This document shows positions 39,101 to 49,155 of a DNA stretch of 64,000 bases, piece after piece. The notes under the pieces were generated by a model that had not been told where the DNA came from, searched no databases, and was given only the letters and a program-made list of their open reading frames with translations. Position 1 is the stretch's first letter. The number at the start of each line of letters is the position of its first letter. Origin of the DNA: a virus. Location: positions 64,319-128,318 of IMG/VR virus record IMGVR_UViG_3300029787_000005, one strand, 5' to 3'. Position numbers and translations under genes: made by a program.

Positions 39101-40669
39101 ATGGCTACCCTTTTTGGTTTTGAAATAAAAAGAAGGGCGGACGATCAGGCAACTGCTTCGTTCGCTCCTCTTGCTTTGGATGATGGTGCACATCAAGTCT
39201 CTACTGGAGGCATGTATGGCACATACGTTGATCTCGAAGGAGCAACACGCACCGAAGCAGAAATGATAACAAGATATCGTCGAATGTCTATGCAGCCTGA
39301 GTGCGACATGGCTATCGATGATATCATTCATGAGTTTATAGTATATGATGAACATCAAAGACTAGTAGAGATTAACCTAGATCACGTTAAAGGTATAGGT
39401 GCATCTACTAAGAAAGTCATTCAAGAAGAGTTTGAATACATTCTTGATCTATTAGAGTTCAATGAAAAAGGCTATGAAGTAGCTAGACACTGGTATATTG
39501 ATGGACGTATGTTCTATCATGTTATCATTGATCCAGAGAACGTAGCTGATGGTATTCAAGAACTTAGATATATTGATCCTCGTAAGATCAAAAAGATTAG
39601 AGAAAACAAAAAAGAACGTATACCTGGTACACAAGTTCAAGTAGAACGTACCAGAAGTGAGTTCTTTTTATATAACAACAAAGGATTTGTTGGATATCCT
39701 GGAGGCACTCCTTCATCTGCTGGTCAAGACCAAGGTGTTAAGATTGCCAAGGATGCTATTCTCCATTGCACTTCTGGTGTGATGAGTGAAGATAACAGAT
39801 TAGTTTTATCTCATTTACATAAGGCTATCAAGCCTCTCAACCAACTTCGTATATTAGAAGACGCAACGGTCATCTACCGGATAGCTAGAGCTCCTGAAAG
39901 GCGTATATTCTATATTGATGTTGGTAATCTACCCAAGATGAAAGCAGAGCAATACCTAAGAGATATGATGGTCAAGCATAAGAACAGATTGATCTATGAT
40001 GCAGCCACTGGTGAGATCAGAGACGATCGTAAGTTTATGACAATGCTTGAGGACTATTGGCTCCCACGACGAGAAGGTGGTCGAGGTACAGAGATTACCA
40101 CACTACCGGGCGGTCAAAATCTTGGTGAGATGGATGATGTTATATACTTCCAAAAGAAGATGTATAAGTCTCTCAATGTTCCTGTCAGTCGCTTAGAGCC
40201 TGAAACAGGAATGACGTTGGGTCGCGCAACAGAGATCAATCGCGATGAAGTTAAGTTTCAAAAGTTTATACAAAGATTGCGCATGCGCTTTGCAATGCTA
40301 TTTGATGGTGCATTAGAAAAGCAATTGGTACTAAAAGGTCACATGACACCAGAAGAGTATCAAGATATAAGACGTAACATCAAGTATGACTTCAAACAAG
40401 ATAACTACTTTACTGAACTCAAGGAGAATGAAATCATCACAGAAAGAGTCAATACATTGAATAGTATCGACCCGTATGTTGGTAAGTATTTCTCACAAGA
40501 ATGGGTAAAACGTAATGTACTTAGAATGTCCGATGACGAAATTGCCACATTGGAAGATCAAATGAAGGACGAGAATGACGCAAATACAGAAATGGATGCG
40601 GCGTTAGCGGATCCTGACATGGGGACTAACAATATTGACGGGCAAAATGGTCCCCCTAGTGACGGATAA
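39101..40669 (+). CDS. gp20: Portal protein gp20
   Basis: RAPERRIFYIDVGNLPK.KAEQYL...EDYWLPRREGGRGTEITTLPGGQNLG. Confidence 0.98.
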   Translation: MATLFGFEIKRRADDQATASFAPLALDDGAHQVSTGGMYGTYVDLEGATRTEAEMITRYRRMSMQPECDMAIDDIIHEFIVYDEHQRLVEINLDHVKGIGASTKKVIQEEFEYILDLLEFNEKGYEVARHWYIDGRMFYHVIIDPENVADGIQELRYIDPRKIKKIRENKKERIPGTQVQVERTRSEFFLYNNKGFVGYPGGTPSSAGQDQGVKIAKDAILHCTSGVMSEDNRLVLSHLHKAIKPLNQLRILEDATVIYRIARAPERRIFYIDVGNLPKMKAEQYLRDMMVKHKNRLIYDAATGEIRDDRKFMTMLEDYWLPRREGGRGTEITTLPGGQNLGEMDDVIYFQKKMYKSLNVPVSRLEPETGMTLGRATEINRDEVKFQKFIQRLRMRFAMLFDGALEKQLVLKGHMTPEEYQDIRRNIKYDFKQDNYFTELKENEIITERVNTLNSIDPYVGKYFSQEWVKRNVLRMSDDEIATLEDQMKDENDANTEMDAALADPDMGTNNIDGQNGPPSDG

Positions 40670-40670
40670 A

Positions 40671-40678
40671 TATAAATA
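40671..40678 (+). promoter_or_regulatory. T4-type late promoter TATAAATA
   Basis: Intergenic, after gp20. Confidence 0.75.
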
Positions 40679-40693
40679 ATTGGAGATATAATA

Positions 40694-41017
40694 ATGGCTG
40701 AACCTGAGGTGGAAACACCAGGACAAGAATTGAATGATATGATAAAGGCCGCAAACAAAGGAGAACCAACTGCTTTTGCAGATTACTTCTCTGGAGCAAT
40801 GGTCGATAGGGTTAATGATAAAGTTGACCAGATACGGCAAGTTGTTGCGGACAAACTGGCTGGATTAGATCCATCAAGTACTCCTGCTATGGAGCTTGGA
40901 CCAGAAGAACAAGAAGGTGAAGTAGAGGCATCAGCCGAAGACGATACAACTGAAGAAGAGGAAGAACAGTCAGATGAAGAGATTGAAACAGCTGACGGAA
41001 CAACCGAAGAAGATTGA
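40694..41017 (+). CDS. Acidic prohead core protein (gp67-like by position)
   Basis: Short, very acidic ORF between gp20 and gp21; GGAG RBS. Confidence 0.55.
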   Translation: MAEPEVETPGQELNDMIKAANKGEPTAFADYFSGAMVDRVNDKVDQIRQVVADKLAGLDPSSTPAMELGPEEQEGEVEASAEDDTTEEEEEQSDEEIETADGTTEED

Positions 41018-41570
41018 TATCGTTCCTACTCCTGGACAGGACAAAGGAATGAATGTCAGTTACAAAAATCCCGGTGTACCTGGTGAGCGAGACTTTAAAG
41101 ACAAGCACGTCATTGCCAAGACGGATTACCCTGTTCCTGAAAAGAATGCTGGAGACAAAGACGAACTTTTCTCTGGTGGTAAACGTACTAAAAAGAAACG
41201 CATTGCAGACCAAGAAAACGAAACTAATTCACAAATGTATGAAGCTGCTGCTAATAAGAAAGCAGAAGAGATCGTACAGTCTATGAAAAAGAATAAGTCA
41301 GACTTTGTTAGCCGATATGGTAAAGATGCAGAGTCAGTCATGTATGCAACAGCTAACAAAATGTCTCAAGAAGACTTTGATCCTGAACAGGATGGAATGT
41401 GGTTGTTGGATGATGATTCAGAAGTTAAGATAGAAGCTGATGAAATGGCTAAAATAGAAGAAGTATTTGATAGCCTATCTGATGAACATCAAGAACAGTT
41501 TGAAAATCTATTTCTACAAAACAGAGAAACCAACTCTGCATTATTGAATTGGGTTAGGAGTGTAGCGTGA
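40974..41570 (+). CDS. Hypothetical prohead-region protein
   Basis: 198 aa with KK...F..RYGKDAESVMYATANK motif typical of T4-like head-region proteins. Confidence 0.55.
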   Translation: MKRLKQLTEQPKKIDIVPTPGQDKGMNVSYKNPGVPGERDFKDKHVIAKTDYPVPEKNAGDKDELFSGGKRTKKKRIADQENETNSQMYEAAANKKAEEIVQSMKKNKSDFVSRYGKDAESVMYATANKMSQEDFDPEQDGMWLLDDDSEVKIEADEMAKIEEVFDSLSDEHQEQFENLFLQNRETNSALLNWVRSVA

Positions 41571-41833
41571 TAAAGGTAATTGCTAATACAGCCGTATTGG
41601 ATGCTGATCATGATCAACAATCTTACCGCTATGTTAGGATTGTTAACACGCATGCTACATCAGTTGCCAACGTAGAGATTGGAACAACAAACAGTAATGT
41701 TGTTAAGACAATCAACTTAGATGGTGGCGAGTCAATTAATCTTGATCTTGGTGCAACTGGATTGTATGTTTCATTGCACACTAATGTCGCAACGTGTTAC
41801 ATCACTCCGATAGCTGGAGGAAGCTCAGAATGA
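41567..41833 (+). CDS. Hypothetical protein
   Basis: 88-aa ORF overlapping both neighbours; AGGAG RBS. Confidence 0.55.
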   Translation: MIKVIANTAVLDADHDQQSYRYVRIVNTHATSVANVEIGTTNSNVVKTINLDGGESINLDLGATGLYVSLHTNVATCYITPIAGGSSE

Positions 41834-42486
41834 AGCTAGTAACAGAACTGATTGAGTCTGTTGATGTTAGAGTCCAGATCGATGAAGAGACAAAACAAAA
41901 AAGTCATTTCATTGAAGGTGTATTCCTGCAAGCAGAAATGAAGAACCGTAATGGTAGAATGTATCCTATGTCTACAATGTCAAAGGAAGTCAACCGTTAC
42001 AATGAAGAATATATTAAAAAGAATAGAGCATTTGGGGAGCTTGGTCATCCTAATGGACCAACTATAAACTTGGAAAGAGCATCCCATATGATTAAAGATT
42101 TGCGCCAAGAAGGTAACAACTATATTGGTAAAGCAAAAATTTTAGATACCCCGTATGGTAATATTGTCAAAAACTTAATTGACGAAGGTGCTCAATTGGG
42201 AGTTTCAAGCCGCGGTATGGGTACTCTAAGAGAGAAGGCAGGATGTCAAGTAGTACAAGATGACTTTATGCTTTCTACGGCTGCAGATATTGTGGCTGAT
42301 CCCTCAGCACCTCAAGCATTTGTTAATGGAGTGATGGAAGGGGTCGATTGGGTATATGACGCTGCATCTGGACATTTCAACGCAATGAAAGTTGTAGAAG
42401 AAACGAAAGATTTAGGACGGAAGTCGAGTAAGGAACTTCAAGAATCAGCGCTAAGACTATTCGATAAATACCTAAAATCGCTATAA
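41830..42486 (+). CDS. gp21: Prohead protease gp21
   Basis: IEGVFLQAEMKNRNGRMYP...GELGHP...GVSSRGMG...DIVADPSAP. Confidence 0.96.
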   Translation: MKLVTELIESVDVRVQIDEETKQKSHFIEGVFLQAEMKNRNGRMYPMSTMSKEVNRYNEEYIKKNRAFGELGHPNGPTINLERASHMIKDLRQEGNNYIGKAKILDTPYGNIVKNLIDEGAQLGVSSRGMGTLREKAGCQVVQDDFMLSTAADIVADPSAPQAFVNGVMEGVDWVYDAASGHFNAMKVVEETKDLGRKSSKELQESALRLFDKYLKSL

Positions 42487-42499
42487 AAAACAGTAAAAT

Positions 42500-42507
42500 T
42501 ATAAATA
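42500..42507 (+). promoter_or_regulatory. T4-type late promoter TATAAATA
   Basis: Intergenic, upstream of gp22. Confidence 0.8.
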
Positions 42508-42536
42508 AGTTTAATGACAAACTATAGGAGTCAATA

Positions 42537-43655
42537 ATGGCAAGAGAAGAAGCTCAGGATCAGATTGAGGATTTAGAATCCTTAACTGACGAAGAAGAAA
42601 TTCTTGAAGCCGCTGACGACGATGAAGAACAAGAAGAAGAGCTTGTTGAATTCCAGGCTTCTGGTGAGGACTCTAGTGTGGCCGACCCAATCGATACTGG
42701 TTCTTCACGTAGGAAAGCGGATAAATCAAACGCTATGCCAATGCCTAAGTTAGGTAAAACTGGCGTAATACAAAACGTAGTAGATATGTTTTCAAAGATG
42801 ACACCAGGCCAAGCCTCTAAGGCTTACAAAGGCTTGATGGATTCTTCTGGAAACAAAGCATCTATTACAGCAAAGGGCAATGCAGCTGCCCCTGTTAAAC
42901 TTCATACAATGGCAAACATCAAAGTCAAAGAAGACTTAGAACTGCTATTCAAAGACAAAGAGAGTCTCACAGAGGAATTCTTTGATCAAGCATCTACAAT
43001 CTTTGAAGCAGCTTTGAATGCTAAAGCTACACTAGTAGAAGAAGCATTGAAGGAAGCCTATGACAAGAAGTTGGCAGAAGCTACAGCTCAACACGAAACA
43101 GATCTTGAAAACAAGTTAGACGAATACTTAGAGTACGTTGCTGAAACTTGGATGAAAGAGAACGAGATCGCCATTGAATCAGCTCTTAAAGTAGAAATGG
43201 CTGAAAATTTCATGAATGGCGTCAAGGACCTGTTCAAAGAATCTTACATTGAGATTCCTGAAGACAAGGTTGACCATGTTTCTAATATGGAATCTGAAGT
43301 TGAAGAACTAAAGAAGAAGTTGGACGAAGCAATCAACCAAGAGATTGACCTCAAGAAGGTCATGAAAGATCAACACGCAGCTATCCTTTTCAATGAGAAG
43401 AGTAGAGGCATGACCCTTAAACAACAAGATGAGTTTAAGGATCTAGTTGAAGGCCTAGACTATGATAGTGAAGAAGACTTCACATCGAAGCTCGACACTA
43501 TTCTTGAAACATACTTTAACAAGAAACCAGCCGCAACAGAAACTGAAATCAATGAAGAATTAGTTGAAGTTGAGAACGAAGATAAGCCTACGGGAATCTC
43601 TGACGGGAACATGGCTGCTTATGCTCAGGCTATTTCAAGAACCCTTACAAAATAA
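42537..43655 (+). CDS. gp22: Prohead scaffold protein gp22
   Basis: Acidic coiled coil; TIFEAAL...YLEYVAETWMKENEIAIE...MAAYAQAIS; between gp21 and gp23. Confidence 0.9.
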   Translation: MAREEAQDQIEDLESLTDEEEILEAADDDEEQEEELVEFQASGEDSSVADPIDTGSSRRKADKSNAMPMPKLGKTGVIQNVVDMFSKMTPGQASKAYKGLMDSSGNKASITAKGNAAAPVKLHTMANIKVKEDLELLFKDKESLTEEFFDQASTIFEAALNAKATLVEEALKEAYDKKLAEATAQHETDLENKLDEYLEYVAETWMKENEIAIESALKVEMAENFMNGVKDLFKESYIEIPEDKVDHVSNMESEVEELKKKLDEAINQEIDLKKVMKDQHAAILFNEKSRGMTLKQQDEFKDLVEGLDYDSEEDFTSKLDTILETYFNKKPAATETEINEELVEVENEDKPTGISDGNMAAYAQAISRTLTK

Positions 43656-43677
43656 ATCTTAACATACGGAGAAATAA

Positions 43678-45039
43678 ATGTTAAACGAAGATTTATTGCA
43701 GAAATGGCAGCCCATTATTGAGCACCCCGACTTAGACAAAATTGGGGATGTTCATAAGCGGAACGTCACAGCTGTAATGCTAGAGAATACAGAAACTGCT
43801 CTTCGTGAGTCAGCTTCTTTTAACCCACAATCGTTGCTTGAAGCAGCCCCAACAAACGCAATGGGTGCTTCGTCTTCAACAGCTGGCGATGGTAACATTG
43901 ATATCTACGACCCAGTTCTAATCAGCTTGGTTCGTCGTGCAATGCCAAACTTGGTAGCATATGACATCATGGGTGTTCAGCCTATGACTGGTCCTACTGG
44001 TTTGATCTTTGCAATGAGATCACGTTACACTAACCAGACTGGCGATGAGACATTCTACAACGAAGTTAACACTGGCCATTCCTTGGACAAAGATAGCTCC
44101 ACAAACACAAACGTTGGTGGTGCTACTCAGAACCTTGGTACATTCGTAGGTAACGGTTACTTAAACAGTTCTGCTTCTAACATTGAACTGTACAACTATG
44201 CTGCTGGTATGACAACAGCTCAAGCAGAGCGCTTGGGTGATGGTTCCGCCAACGCTTTCCCAGAGATGGCATTCAGCATTGAGAAGATTGCTGTGACTGC
44301 AAAGTCCAGAGCTCTCAAAGCAGAATACACAATGGAATTGGCACAGGACTTAAAAGCAATCCACGGATTGGATGCTGAGTCCGAGCTAGCAAACATTCTT
44401 TCGACTGAAATCTTGGCTGAAATCAACCGAGAAATGATTCGAACAGTTAATGTTATTGCTAAAGTTGGTGCCCAAGATGACACAACCACAGCAGGTAAAT
44501 TTGACTTAGACACCGACTCTAACGGTCGTTGGATGGTTGAAAAGTTCAAAGGTCTGATGTTCCAGATCGAACGAGAAGCTAACAGTATTGCGAAAGGTAC
44601 TCGTAGAGGGAAAGGCAACATGCTGATCTGCTCTTCAGATGTTGCTTCCGCACTACAAATGGCTGGTGTATTAGATTACACTCCAGCTCTTAACTCTAAC
44701 AATTTGCAAGTAGATGACACAGGCAACACTTTTGCTGGTGTACTAAACGGACGAATTCGAGTATACATTGATCCTTATACAACTGGTAACTATATGACTA
44801 TCGGTTATAAAGGCTCTAGTGCATTTGATGCCGGTCTATTCTACTGCCCATATGTTCCATTACAAATGGTTCGTGCGGTTGGGGAAGATACTTTCCAACC
44901 TAAAATCGGCTTCAAGACTCGTTACGGCGTGATCGAGAATCCGTTTGCACGAGGTACATCAGCTCTAGCAGCTGCTGGTACACTTTCTGCAGACTCTAAT
45001 GAGTACTACAGAAAGATCCTTGTAGACAACATTATGTAA
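43678..45039 (+). CDS. gp23: Major capsid protein gp23
   Basis: LVRRAMPNL.AYD..GVQPMTGPTGLIFAMRS...SRALKAEYT.ELAQDLKAIHGLDAE...FQPKIGFKTRYG. Confidence 0.99.
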   Translation: MLNEDLLQKWQPIIEHPDLDKIGDVHKRNVTAVMLENTETALRESASFNPQSLLEAAPTNAMGASSSTAGDGNIDIYDPVLISLVRRAMPNLVAYDIMGVQPMTGPTGLIFAMRSRYTNQTGDETFYNEVNTGHSLDKDSSTNTNVGGATQNLGTFVGNGYLNSSASNIELYNYAAGMTTAQAERLGDGSANAFPEMAFSIEKIAVTAKSRALKAEYTMELAQDLKAIHGLDAESELANILSTEILAEINREMIRTVNVIAKVGAQDDTTTAGKFDLDTDSNGRWMVEKFKGLMFQIEREANSIAKGTRRGKGNMLICSSDVASALQMAGVLDYTPALNSNNLQVDDTGNTFAGVLNGRIRVYIDPYTTGNYMTIGYKGSSAFDAGLFYCPYVPLQMVRAVGEDTFQPKIGFKTRYGVIENPFARGTSALAAAGTLSADSNEYYRKILVDNIM

Positions 45040-45060
45040 TTTAGGTTACATAACCAACTT

Positions 45061-45088
45061 AGAGGAGGCTTCGGCCTCCTCTTTTTTT
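45061..45088 (+). terminator. Rho-independent terminator with UUCG tetraloop
   Basis: AGAGGAGGC-TTCG-GCCTCCTCT followed by a T run, directly after gp23. Confidence 0.93.
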
Positions 45089-45089
45089 G

Positions 45090-45097
45090 TATAAATA
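45090..45097 (+). promoter_or_regulatory. T4-type late promoter TATAAATA
   Basis: Immediately after the gp23 terminator, upstream of the Usg-like gene and gp3. Confidence 0.7.
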
Positions 45098-45102
45098 GAC
45101 AT

Positions 45103-45342
45103 ATGATAGTTAAACAACAAGTACTGGTTAACGTCAGATATTGGATGCCAGACTACAATAACATCCTTCAAGAATTTATCTGGGGCACTGAAGACATTGT
45201 ACCAGAATATCCCAGAGTGCATAAATTTTTGATATATTGGCATCATAACATTGATGCTGTAATCAATGAGGTATTGGTTGCAGATTCAAACACAAGAGAG
45301 TATAGGAGCATCGATTGGCTACTCAAGTCGCAGGAGCACTAA
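45103..45342 (+). CDS. Usg-family protein
   Basis: V.YWMPDY..ILQEFIW...D..PEYPRVHKFL.YW...ID..I..V matches the Usg pattern known from alphaproteobacteria. Confidence 0.7.
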   Translation: MIVKQQVLVNVRYWMPDYNNILQEFIWGTEDIVPEYPRVHKFLIYWHHNIDAVINEVLVADSNTREYRSIDWLLKSQEH

Positions 45343-45902
45343 GGGATCAGCCTGATAACACTCAGTTTCTATCACCACTGGGTTTCAACTTTTCCATTAA
45401 GAAGCTACCAAATACAAACTACTTTGTGCAAGCAGTAAATGTACCTACAGTACAAATGGGTGATGCAGTATTACCAACACCTTTTGTTAACATTCCAACA
45501 ATTGGTGATCGTATGGCATTTGCTGAGTTCCAGCTTTCTTTTAAAGTTGATGAGGATATGAAAAACTATATTGAATTGTTTGATTGGATGGTTCAATTAG
45601 GATTCCCAGAAGACTTTGCTCAATCTAAAAACATATATGAAAAGCAAAGAAGCGTTGACTTTTTAGCAGATGGGCCGTATAGTGATGCTACAGTAACTAT
45701 TTTGAACAGTGCTATGCAGCCTAATGTAGAAGTACAATTTGAAGACTGTTATCCAACAGCACTGTCTGATTTACAATTTTCAACCACGGCACCTTCAGTT
45801 GATTACATAGAGTGCCAAGCAACATTTAGATATAAACTGTTCAGGATTCTAAGACTGAGCTCATCTGGGACTACGGATACACAATCTACTAATTTTGCAT
45901 AG
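45315..45902 (+). CDS. gp3: Tail completion / tube terminator gp3
   Basis: FLSPLGFNF.I.KLP...F.VDEDMKNYIEL.DW...SDATVTILNS...F.D.YPTALS. Confidence 0.85.
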   Translation: MATQVAGALRDQPDNTQFLSPLGFNFSIKKLPNTNYFVQAVNVPTVQMGDAVLPTPFVNIPTIGDRMAFAEFQLSFKVDEDMKNYIELFDWMVQLGFPEDFAQSKNIYEKQRSVDFLADGPYSDATVTILNSAMQPNVEVQFEDCYPTALSDLQFSTTAPSVDYIECQATFRYKLFRILRLSSSGTTDTQSTNFA

Positions 45903-45910
45903 GATTTATA

Positions 45911-46918
45911 ATGAGTTATATTGAACCGAAGTGCGTCGAAGGCGCCTTCTCTGAAGACCTATTGCTCGACATCAAAAGAAAATATTGCACATGGTTCCAA
46001 CATGGTTGGAAGTCTCATAATCGTAACACATTTGAATACGGTCATGGTCAACACAACATTGTCAAGCAGCCAAAACACTTCCAGTGGGATATGTTACTAT
46101 CACCAGACATAGAAACAAACCATCCAATAATGTTAGATACATTTGACGTTCTTCAAGATGTTATAGGTAAGAGAGCATTGTATAGAACATATACAAAGAC
46201 ATATCATTATGGACAAGATGCATATCCACATACAGATAAACAAGCAAGAGATGGAGACGTAGTTCAATCACATCCTGGATTTGAAACTGCTATTCTTTAT
46301 ATGACAAAGGATTGGGATCCTAAGTACTATGGTATGACTCTATTGTATGACGATAGTCAAGATGTAGAAGTTGCCATGTTGCCAAAGTATAATAGATTGT
46401 TTATCTTTGATAGTGCTCAGCTACATTCAACATCACCTCTATCAAGAATAACTCCTTTTGAGAAAACCATTATGGTATTCAACACTGCTCCAAAAGGATA
46501 TGGTGATGAAGGTGTTAAGTATTTGTATGACAATACAACTAAAGTTCAACACACAGGAAGACCATTCTTTCATCACCTATGGAATGTCTATATGTACTTA
46601 GAACAGTTAGGTGCAGAGAAACCAGTATGTATGGCTGGGCTATGGCATAGTGTGTACGGTGATGTGTATAAGAAACATGATGTCAATATGTTCACACCAA
46701 AGATAGTTGAGAAGCATATTGGTAAAGAAGCAGAACGTCTTATCAAAACATATGGTGATATGGCTGGTGGAATATCTCCACGATTTGTCAATGTCATCAA
46801 TAGTGGTGATAAGAGACTAATGATGATTGAGTTGGCTAATCTTGTTGACCAGAACTTCAATGGACAGTATAATGAAAGATGTCAGAAGTTAGTGGTAGCA
46901 ATCGATGAACTTAAATGA
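45911..46918 (+). CDS. Fe(II)/2OG oxygenase fused to an HD-like (DUF6817-type) helical domain
   Basis: YPHTD...PKYNRLFIFDS..LH in the N-half; HTGRPFFHHL..V...AGLWHSVYG...IGKEAERL in the C-half. Confidence 0.65.
   Translation: MSYIEPKCVEGAFSEDLLLDIKRKYCTWFQHGWKSHNRNTFEYGHGQHNIVKQPKHFQWDMLLSPDIETNHPIMLDTFDVLQDVIGKRALYRTYTKTYHYGQDAYPHTDKQARDGDVVQSHPGFETAILYMTKDWDPKYYGMTLLYDDSQDVEVAMLPKYNRLFIFDSAQLHSTSPLSRITPFEKTIMVFNTAPKGYGDEGVKYLYDNTTKVQHTGRPFFHHLWNVYMYLEQLGAEKPVCMAGLWHSVYGDVYKKHDVNMFTPKIVEKHIGKEAERLIKTYGDMAGGISPRFVNVINSGDKRLMMIELANLVDQNFNGQYNERCQKLVVAIDELK
46845..46873 (+). promoter_or_regulatory. Sigma70-type promoter TTGACC-N17-TATAAT
   Basis: Near-consensus with 17-nt spacer, 31 nt upstream of uvsY. 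Confidence 0.7.
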
Positions 46919-47339
46919 TTATTATGATCACTGGGCAAAAGATTCTAAGATAGATAGAACTGAGCTTGGTGAAGAGTCTATACGTATACCTCAACTCCAT
47001 CACAAATACTATAGGTATTTTGCTGAAGAGAGATTGAAGTTAACTAAACTTCAAGAGGAATATAAGAGTCTCAAGAAAGATAAACATGATTACTATTCTG
47101 GTGTAATGGCAGAAGAGGATCTTGTTGAACGTGGTTGGGAACCTAACCCTCTACGTATTCTAAAAACAGATGTTCCAATGTATATTGAGTCTGATAAACA
47201 CATAACAAATCATAACTTAAAAATAGCATATGCAAAAGAAAAGGTAGAGTTCTTAGAGTCAATAATAAGATCATTGAATGTAAGAGGATACCAGATAAAG
47301 ACTGCTGTTGATTGGGAAAAGTTTAAAGTCGGTCTATGA
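46905..47339 (+). CDS. uvsY: Recombination mediator UvsY
   Basis: W.KDSKID...ES.RIPQLH.KY...R.YQIK.AVDW.KF. Confidence 0.9.
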   Translation: MNLNDYYDHWAKDSKIDRTELGEESIRIPQLHHKYYRYFAEERLKLTKLQEEYKSLKKDKHDYYSGVMAEEDLVERGWEPNPLRILKTDVPMYIESDKHITNHNLKIAYAKEKVEFLESIIRSLNVRGYQIKTAVDWEKFKVGL

Positions 47340-48769
47340 TAGAAATAGTATACAAAGATGACGTACACCTCCAAGTAAAATGTGATTCTTCTGTAGCTCA
47401 AGAGCTAACAGACTTCTTTACGTTTGATGTACCCGGTGCAAAGTTTATGCCAGCTGTACGCAATAGAGTATGGGATGGTAAGATAAGATTGTTCAATTCT
47501 GTAACAAGAACAGTGTACACAGGATTGAAAGATTATATTGTTGACTTTTGTGGTGTGCGAGGATATAATTGTATAGTGGACGAAAGATTAGTCGCCACAA
47601 CCCCTTTCACAATTGATGATGTAGATGACTTGGCTAAGACATTGAAACTAAGTATGGAACCAAGAAACTATCAGAAGAATGCTGTAGCTCATGCTATAAC
47701 AAACAAGAGAGCTATGATGGTATCTCCTACTGCTTCTGGTAAGTCTATGATCATCTATATGATTGCAAGATACTATCCTATGAAGAAGTTAATCATTGTA
47801 CCTACAACAGGTCTTGTTGCACAGCTTGCATCAGACTTTCATGAGTATGGATACACAGATGACATACATATGATTACAGCTGGTGCTAGTAAAGATATTG
47901 ATACAGAGATTACTATAACAACATGGCAGTCAATATACAAGCTACCAAGAAAATGGTTTGAGCAATTCCAAGTTGTTATTGGTGATGAAGCTCACTTATT
48001 CAAAGCCAAGTCATTGACTACAATAATGTCTAAGCTAGTTAACTGTCCATACAAGTTTGGATTCACAGGTACACTAGATGACTCACAGACACATAAGTTA
48101 GTATTAGAAGGATTGTTTGGTCCAGTTGAAAAGGTAGTATCAACATCTGAATTGATAGAACAAAAGCATTTAGCTGAGTTAAAGATAAATATATGTATCC
48201 TAGACCATAGTAGTGAGAACAAGGCAAAAATGGCTAGGGCGTCTTACAGAGATGAAGTTAACTATATTATAGCAAGTAAAGCTCGTAATGACTTTCTAAT
48301 TGAGTTGTGTAAGGAGCTGAAAGGTAATACACTCTTGCTATATGCACTAGTTGAAAAGCATGGAAAAGTGTTATATGACATGGCTCAAGAATTGGATAAA
48401 CCAACATTCTTTATCCATGGTGGCGTTTCTGGGGAGGAAAGAAATGAAGTTAGAGCAATTGTGGAGAAAGAAGAACGAGCAGTCATCATTGCATCGTATG
48501 GTACATTTAGTACTGGTGTTAACATTCGTAGGCTTAATAACATCGTGTTCGCTAGCCCCTCAAAAAGTAAAATTCGGGTATTGCAATCAATTGGTAGAGG
48601 CTTGCGGAAAGACCCAGATAATATGGGAACTAGACTTTACGACATCGTCGACAATCTTTCCAAAGGAAAGTGGGTTAACTATACCGCCAGGCATTACTCG
48701 GATAGAGTAAAGCTGTACAATGATGAACAATTTCCATATAAAGTATACACGTATACATTAAAGGAGTAG
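47336..48769 (+). CDS. uvsW: DNA helicase UvsW
   Basis: WDGKIRLF, SPTASGKS, GDEAH, GFTGT, LQSIGRGLR. Confidence 0.96.
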   Translation: MIEIVYKDDVHLQVKCDSSVAQELTDFFTFDVPGAKFMPAVRNRVWDGKIRLFNSVTRTVYTGLKDYIVDFCGVRGYNCIVDERLVATTPFTIDDVDDLAKTLKLSMEPRNYQKNAVAHAITNKRAMMVSPTASGKSMIIYMIARYYPMKKLIIVPTTGLVAQLASDFHEYGYTDDIHMITAGASKDIDTEITITTWQSIYKLPRKWFEQFQVVIGDEAHLFKAKSLTTIMSKLVNCPYKFGFTGTLDDSQTHKLVLEGLFGPVEKVVSTSELIEQKHLAELKINICILDHSSENKAKMARASYRDEVNYIIASKARNDFLIELCKELKGNTLLLYALVEKHGKVLYDMAQELDKPTFFIHGGVSGEERNEVRAIVEKEERAVIIASYGTFSTGVNIRRLNNIVFASPSKSKIRVLQSIGRGLRKDPDNMGTRLYDIVDNLSKGKWVNYTARHYSDRVKLYNDEQFPYKVYTYTLKE

Positions 48770-48771
48770 TT

Positions 48772-49155
48772 ATGCCAGCAGGGTATTATGGCTTAGTAAA
48801 GCTAATGAATGGTGAAGAGCTCTTAACAAGAGTGGTTGAAGATGATGGAGAGTATCTTCTATTTGAAGATCCTGTCATTATGTACAGATCTATCTCACCT
48901 AATGGAATGACATGGATCCAATGTTCGCATTGGTTACTATTCAACAAGACAAATCTAATCACAGTTCATAAGTCTAAGGTCATTGCAATTGCAGATGATC
49001 TACACGAAAATATTATCAGTAATTATGAAAGATTTTTGAAAGAAGGATATACAGAGATGGATGCACAGAATGAAGATATTGCGGAGCAACGCAAGAGAAC
49101 CAAACGAATGGTTGAAGCTCTAGGCGTTGGTGATGCCAACACTACTTATCACTGA
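48772..49155 (+). CDS. Conserved hypothetical protein (Sm-like fold likely)
   Basis: VKLMNGEELL motif; conserved position between uvsW and gp55. Confidence 0.6.
   Translation: MPAGYYGLVKLMNGEELLTRVVEDDGEYLLFEDPVIMYRSISPNGMTWIQCSHWLLFNKTNLITVHKSKVIAIADDLHENIISNYERFLKEGYTEMDAQNEDIAEQRKRTKRMVEALGVGDANTTYH

Noticed and set aside
36625-44621. Minus-strand ORFs antisense to gp18, gp19, gp20 and gp23
   Set aside because: Antisense shadows of well-conserved structural genes
45040-45315. Absence of gp24/hoc after gp23 as a novelty
   Set aside because: Common in marine T4-like phages
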